DNA of 45,987 nt from a virus. Lineage: Duplodnaviria; Caudoviricetes. Of this stretch, positions 43,601 through 45,987 are shown one piece after another (positions within the stretch are counted from its first letter, which is position 1; each line of letters begins with the position of its first letter). The stretch spans positions 1 through 45,987 of IMG/VR virus record IMGVR_UViG_3300025288_000034; one strand, given 5' to 3'. The notes under the pieces are model-generated. The model was not told where the DNA came from and made no database searches. It was given only the letters and a program-made list of their open reading frames with translations. Made by a program: the position numbers and the translations under genes.

Positions 43601-45942
43601 AGTTCCGTGCATTCATCATGGATGGGAACGGATCGACAGTCCGTCAGATCACCGCTGACAGCGCGCAAGGGTTAAAGAATCAAATTCTTGCGCAGGAACA
43701 AAACCCTGCATCCTTCCTCAACAAAAACAAGGACAAAGGATTCCTCATCAAATCTGAGAGTGAATTGCAGCAGAGCGCCTCAATGCTCTCCCGCGCGGAA
43801 GTGGAGTTCCTCGACCCGGGGAATCCCTTTGTGCAATCCATCAAGGGATCGACTCGTACAGGTGCGGGCGCTTCGCCTTTTGCTGTGGGTCGTAATGTTT
43901 CTCAGATTGTGCAGCAATTCAAGACTCGTTCGCAAGACACTGCAAGGGAGTTGATGGAAACGATTTTCCGCCCCCAACTGACCGAGGCGCATGCGAGAGT
44001 CGGCATTGCTGTATCACGGAATCAAAGATCGCGGGGCACAGGACTTGGTGCGGCGGGCCAGCCAATTGAGGAGTTGTTTATCAACACCCTCACGGGAAGA
44101 CAACGCGCAACTGGGGCAAGTTCCAACACAGGGACATTCTTGCGCACGATAGACAATGCGCTTCAGCTGGGACTCAATCGCGCGCATAGTGTGTTTGTGC
44201 ATGTGGGCGGGCGCAAGGTTGAGGAGGCGTTCATCAAGCAGGGATTCGAAGAAGCTGTGGCCAAGCTTGGGACGAGGACTCCTTTTGAAACCGCGACGGA
44301 ATTATTGGCCGAAAAAAACCTATTCAAAACCCCACCAGCAATCGGCGCGTTCGCCCAGAAGTTCAACTCTCTTGCGACTCACTTGATGCTCCGTTACGAC
44401 ACGGGCCACGCGGTAACAACCCTCGCTGGCGTGGCTGCAACAATGCCGGGCGTTGCCGCCGCCCTGCGTGTGCGTCCGGGGGAGACTCTGGCGAATGTCG
44501 CTGGCCGGTTGGGGCGCTCAGCCGATGTTTTCGCCGACTCCTCTCAAGGCGTGGTCGCTACCACATGGAGTGTTGAGAAGGAAATGGCAGGTGCGATTCA
44601 TGATATGTTCACCGCCGAGGGGCAGGAGATCATGCAACGGGGCGCTCGCTTTGGGTATCTCGACGCCGCCATTTCTGAAATGCACAGGGACTTGGGGAGA
44701 ATCAAAGATGCATCAACATTCTCCAAGGTGATGCAGGGGGCGGATAAGACGCTGGGATTCCTCAGCGACAATGCGGAGCAATTCGCCGTCAACTGGTCCT
44801 ACATGACGGCGCAACGGCTCCTCAAACGAATGGGCGTGGAGGATGTTGCGATTCGTGACAACATGGCCCGCCAGTTTGTTGACCAGGCGATCGGGAATTT
44901 CAGTCCCCTGAATCGTCCACAGATCTTTCAATCCGGCGGCCTTGGTACCACAATGGGCCTGTTCCAGACCTTCACATTCAATTACTATGGAAGGCTGTTT
45001 GGGTACATTGAGAATCGACAACACCGGGCATTAGCTGTGCAGGCTGCGGTGCAGGCTCAGTGGTTTGGGCTCAACTCGGTACCGGGTGTGACTCAGTATC
45101 GTGATTTCGTATTCGGTCTCTCTCGCGGGGAGAATGACCCCACGGCGGATCTTTACAACAAACTGGATTACCGAATTGCGGATGCGCTCTTTTATGGAAC
45201 ACCCGCCACGGTGGGACTCATCTTCGGCCTCTCCCGTGATAGTATTCCGGATTTAACATCCCGAGGGAATGTGGATCCGAGAGTGCCCTCCATTACAAAC
45301 CTCCCCCCGGGGTTGAGTGTTGCCCGTACAATTTTTGAGGGACTGGGGGCAGGATTTAACCTAGGTCGGAGGGACAATCCCGGAGTGACGAGTCAACAGT
45401 GGGGTGAACTACTGCAACGTCATGTTGCCAATCGTCCATTGAGCGCTGCGATTTCCATGTTCTGGACAGATGCGCTGGTGGATCGGAGTGGGAATCTGGT
45501 TGCGGAGGAAACTCGCACAGCGCTCGGAGCGCTCGTTCGCCTGTCTGGTCTGCGTACGGTTCAACAATCAATGCAACAAGCTGCGAATTCAAGATTCCGC
45601 GCGTCTGAGGCGATGCGGAGGGAAAGAATCACCACGCTCGGGGCCGGTTTGAAGGCGGCGGTTCGTGGTGGGGAAATCAATGAGAAACTGTTGCTCCGTT
45701 CGTATGAACAATTTCTCAACACCGGCGGGACTCCGGATGAGTTCGGGAGTTTCCTCAAGAGGACATTCAAGGCGGGGCTACAAACAGAGGCATTCCGTGC
45801 ATTGGAGTCCCTGCTTGGCAACCCCGACAAAATCGAGTCTCGTACCGACGACATCATGAAATTGTTTTTCGCCTTACGCACGTCGCAGGCATTTAATAAT
45901 GCAGAAGCGTCGGATGCGGAGGAGGAATCACCAAGTCAGTAA
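40678..45942 (+). CDS. Large internal virion/ejection protein (1754 aa)
   Basis: Largest and last gene of the virion arm, helical, with C-terminal GLFQTFTFNYYGR segment typical of large podovirus core proteins. Confidence 0.7.
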   Translation: MVESFFSKNVPDLADDSASVAPDSLRRPENRPIRRTSGVGALARTTGAVAVGVAPDLIDSALASVSNFTPLDFERFSLTKNIPLANEHLGAVEIASGVAGLAVGAFVGPEVAGLALVDKAIKGNKALRFAFATADEAETARKALFRVDSVIARQGEQGIDALRGSANLFGANVKRPKIAGAARLAAAKKTFKDGVTTEALIAATLNENAVVVPDDATFTSVAVFAGLGIVLPAVFEQIAVGASFRRGLQATELLRSRQAALGAGSGMAELRESAFGKAASLRKDAAPRNVELAGDFDVSIPLSRSDQITVAAVELQAQRRTPVPSTTSGAILRRNRAQASEANSKEIRDLTNTLTVRGVLGSREETRFLLKDAPAEAQTLNDAIRQDPFSMFGVVSLGRIPEGEEAVTKLITAHREALESARFESELVVQLQAGKVDKKSIAAVEEAQARLVAIREQEKNLPVVFVDGEVVSATQFAKLGTKFDSKRVVTRGGGRDEATLATDSLTDVTIRMEDGALTLPLGKARFNDLTATEARSAFGLGRMFVDKLPANKVFKVGKKPAFFQLDLAEELIRRRGSAITVEFPAGMTRESAQLESFAQKVDAIRALGPGKLDFDEIPALRQKFNLPAATEIQRLEAAIEDITPLENLIFKGLKGSDVRKMSLDDLQRNLALARKREGSLLSEGTGPEVADLMGSQFSSSLGVSGFAKGPVVETAPVFAMRRPLTLNQLDASAIQMQRAEDLAQTFATLTNPNTAPASIRLVAQQVLESNELKEVINLSRLDDSTLVTSLRDQDIRQGLGALQDLAAANNPTILAAQRLFRTASFVFEKNFDDFLDTALEGSAKTIRQSLETIQIASNRESRLLVEQFAEARRGFQLTGKVRQAEDGKFEFLLKDTEANRVQYEAVTGVARLPKDATLPLSNGQPLGVNAEGLDALNALSAIANKERLDKNAILRANGLPSIGVEPFYIPPPKGEFRAFIMDGNGSTVRQITADSAQGLKNQILAQEQNPASFLNKNKDKGFLIKSESELQQSASMLSRAEVEFLDPGNPFVQSIKGSTRTGAGASPFAVGRNVSQIVQQFKTRSQDTARELMETIFRPQLTEAHARVGIAVSRNQRSRGTGLGAAGQPIEELFINTLTGRQRATGASSNTGTFLRTIDNALQLGLNRAHSVFVHVGGRKVEEAFIKQGFEEAVAKLGTRTPFETATELLAEKNLFKTPPAIGAFAQKFNSLATHLMLRYDTGHAVTTLAGVAATMPGVAAALRVRPGETLANVAGRLGRSADVFADSSQGVVATTWSVEKEMAGAIHDMFTAEGQEIMQRGARFGYLDAAISEMHRDLGRIKDASTFSKVMQGADKTLGFLSDNAEQFAVNWSYMTAQRLLKRMGVEDVAIRDNMARQFVDQAIGNFSPLNRPQIFQSGGLGTTMGLFQTFTFNYYGRLFGYIENRQHRALAVQAAVQAQWFGLNSVPGVTQYRDFVFGLSRGENDPTADLYNKLDYRIADALFYGTPATVGLIFGLSRDSIPDLTSRGNVDPRVPSITNLPPGLSVARTIFEGLGAGFNLGRRDNPGVTSQQWGELLQRHVANRPLSAAISMFWTDALVDRSGNLVAEETRTALGALVRLSGLRTVQQSMQQAANSRFRASEAMRRERITTLGAGLKAAVRGGEINEKLLLRSYEQFLNTGGTPDEFGSFLKRTFKAGLQTEAFRALESLLGNPDKIESRTDDIMKLFFALRTSQAFNNAEASDAEEESPSQ

Positions 45943-45972
45943 TTGAGAGCCCTTGTTACTGAACGTGTGATG

Positions 45973-45987
45973 AAGCGGCGGGAGTCC
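45973..45987 (+). terminator. 5' arm of the junction-spanning terminator
   Basis: AAGCGGCGGGAGT pairs with ACTCCCGCCGTTT at 15-27. Confidence 0.75.

Noticed and set aside
1-45987. Prophage/temperate lifestyle, tRNAs or mobile introns
   Set aside because: No integrase, repressor, att-like host flanks, cloverleaf sequences or interrupted core genes seen

Overview
The window is most likely a complete, circularly permuted genome of a ~46 kb lytic podovirus-type phage. The two window ends join into one terminator hairpin. A leftward arm (1-16.5 kb) carries a RecD-like helicase, a Cas4-like exonuclease, a Sak4-like AAA ATPase, an SSB-like protein, a family A DNA polymerase with a degenerate UDG-like N-terminus, a dNMP-kinase-like protein, a DUF3987-like ATPase and a GH24 endolysin. 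A central non-coding control region (16.5-17.5 kb) holds a ~360-bp bilaterally symmetric element and divergent sigma70 promoters. A small early cassette follows, and then a rightward virion arm (terminase, portal, scaffold, capsid, tail, fibres, holin/spanins, three ejection proteins). I see no integrase, repressor, tRNA, RNA polymerase, methyltransferase or primase. The most interesting signals are: (i) an apparently primase-less replisome whose PolA has ribo-permissive-type substitutions at the steric gate, together with a symmetric origin-like element and pas-like ssDNA hairpins; (ii) about 3-fold enrichment of GANTC (the alphaproteobacterial CcrM site), which sits right before the start codon of about 17 genes; (iii) a fibre protein with about 13 tandem 24-aa repeats next to a small putative fibre subunit. 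All family assignments come from motif recognition by eye, not from database searches.
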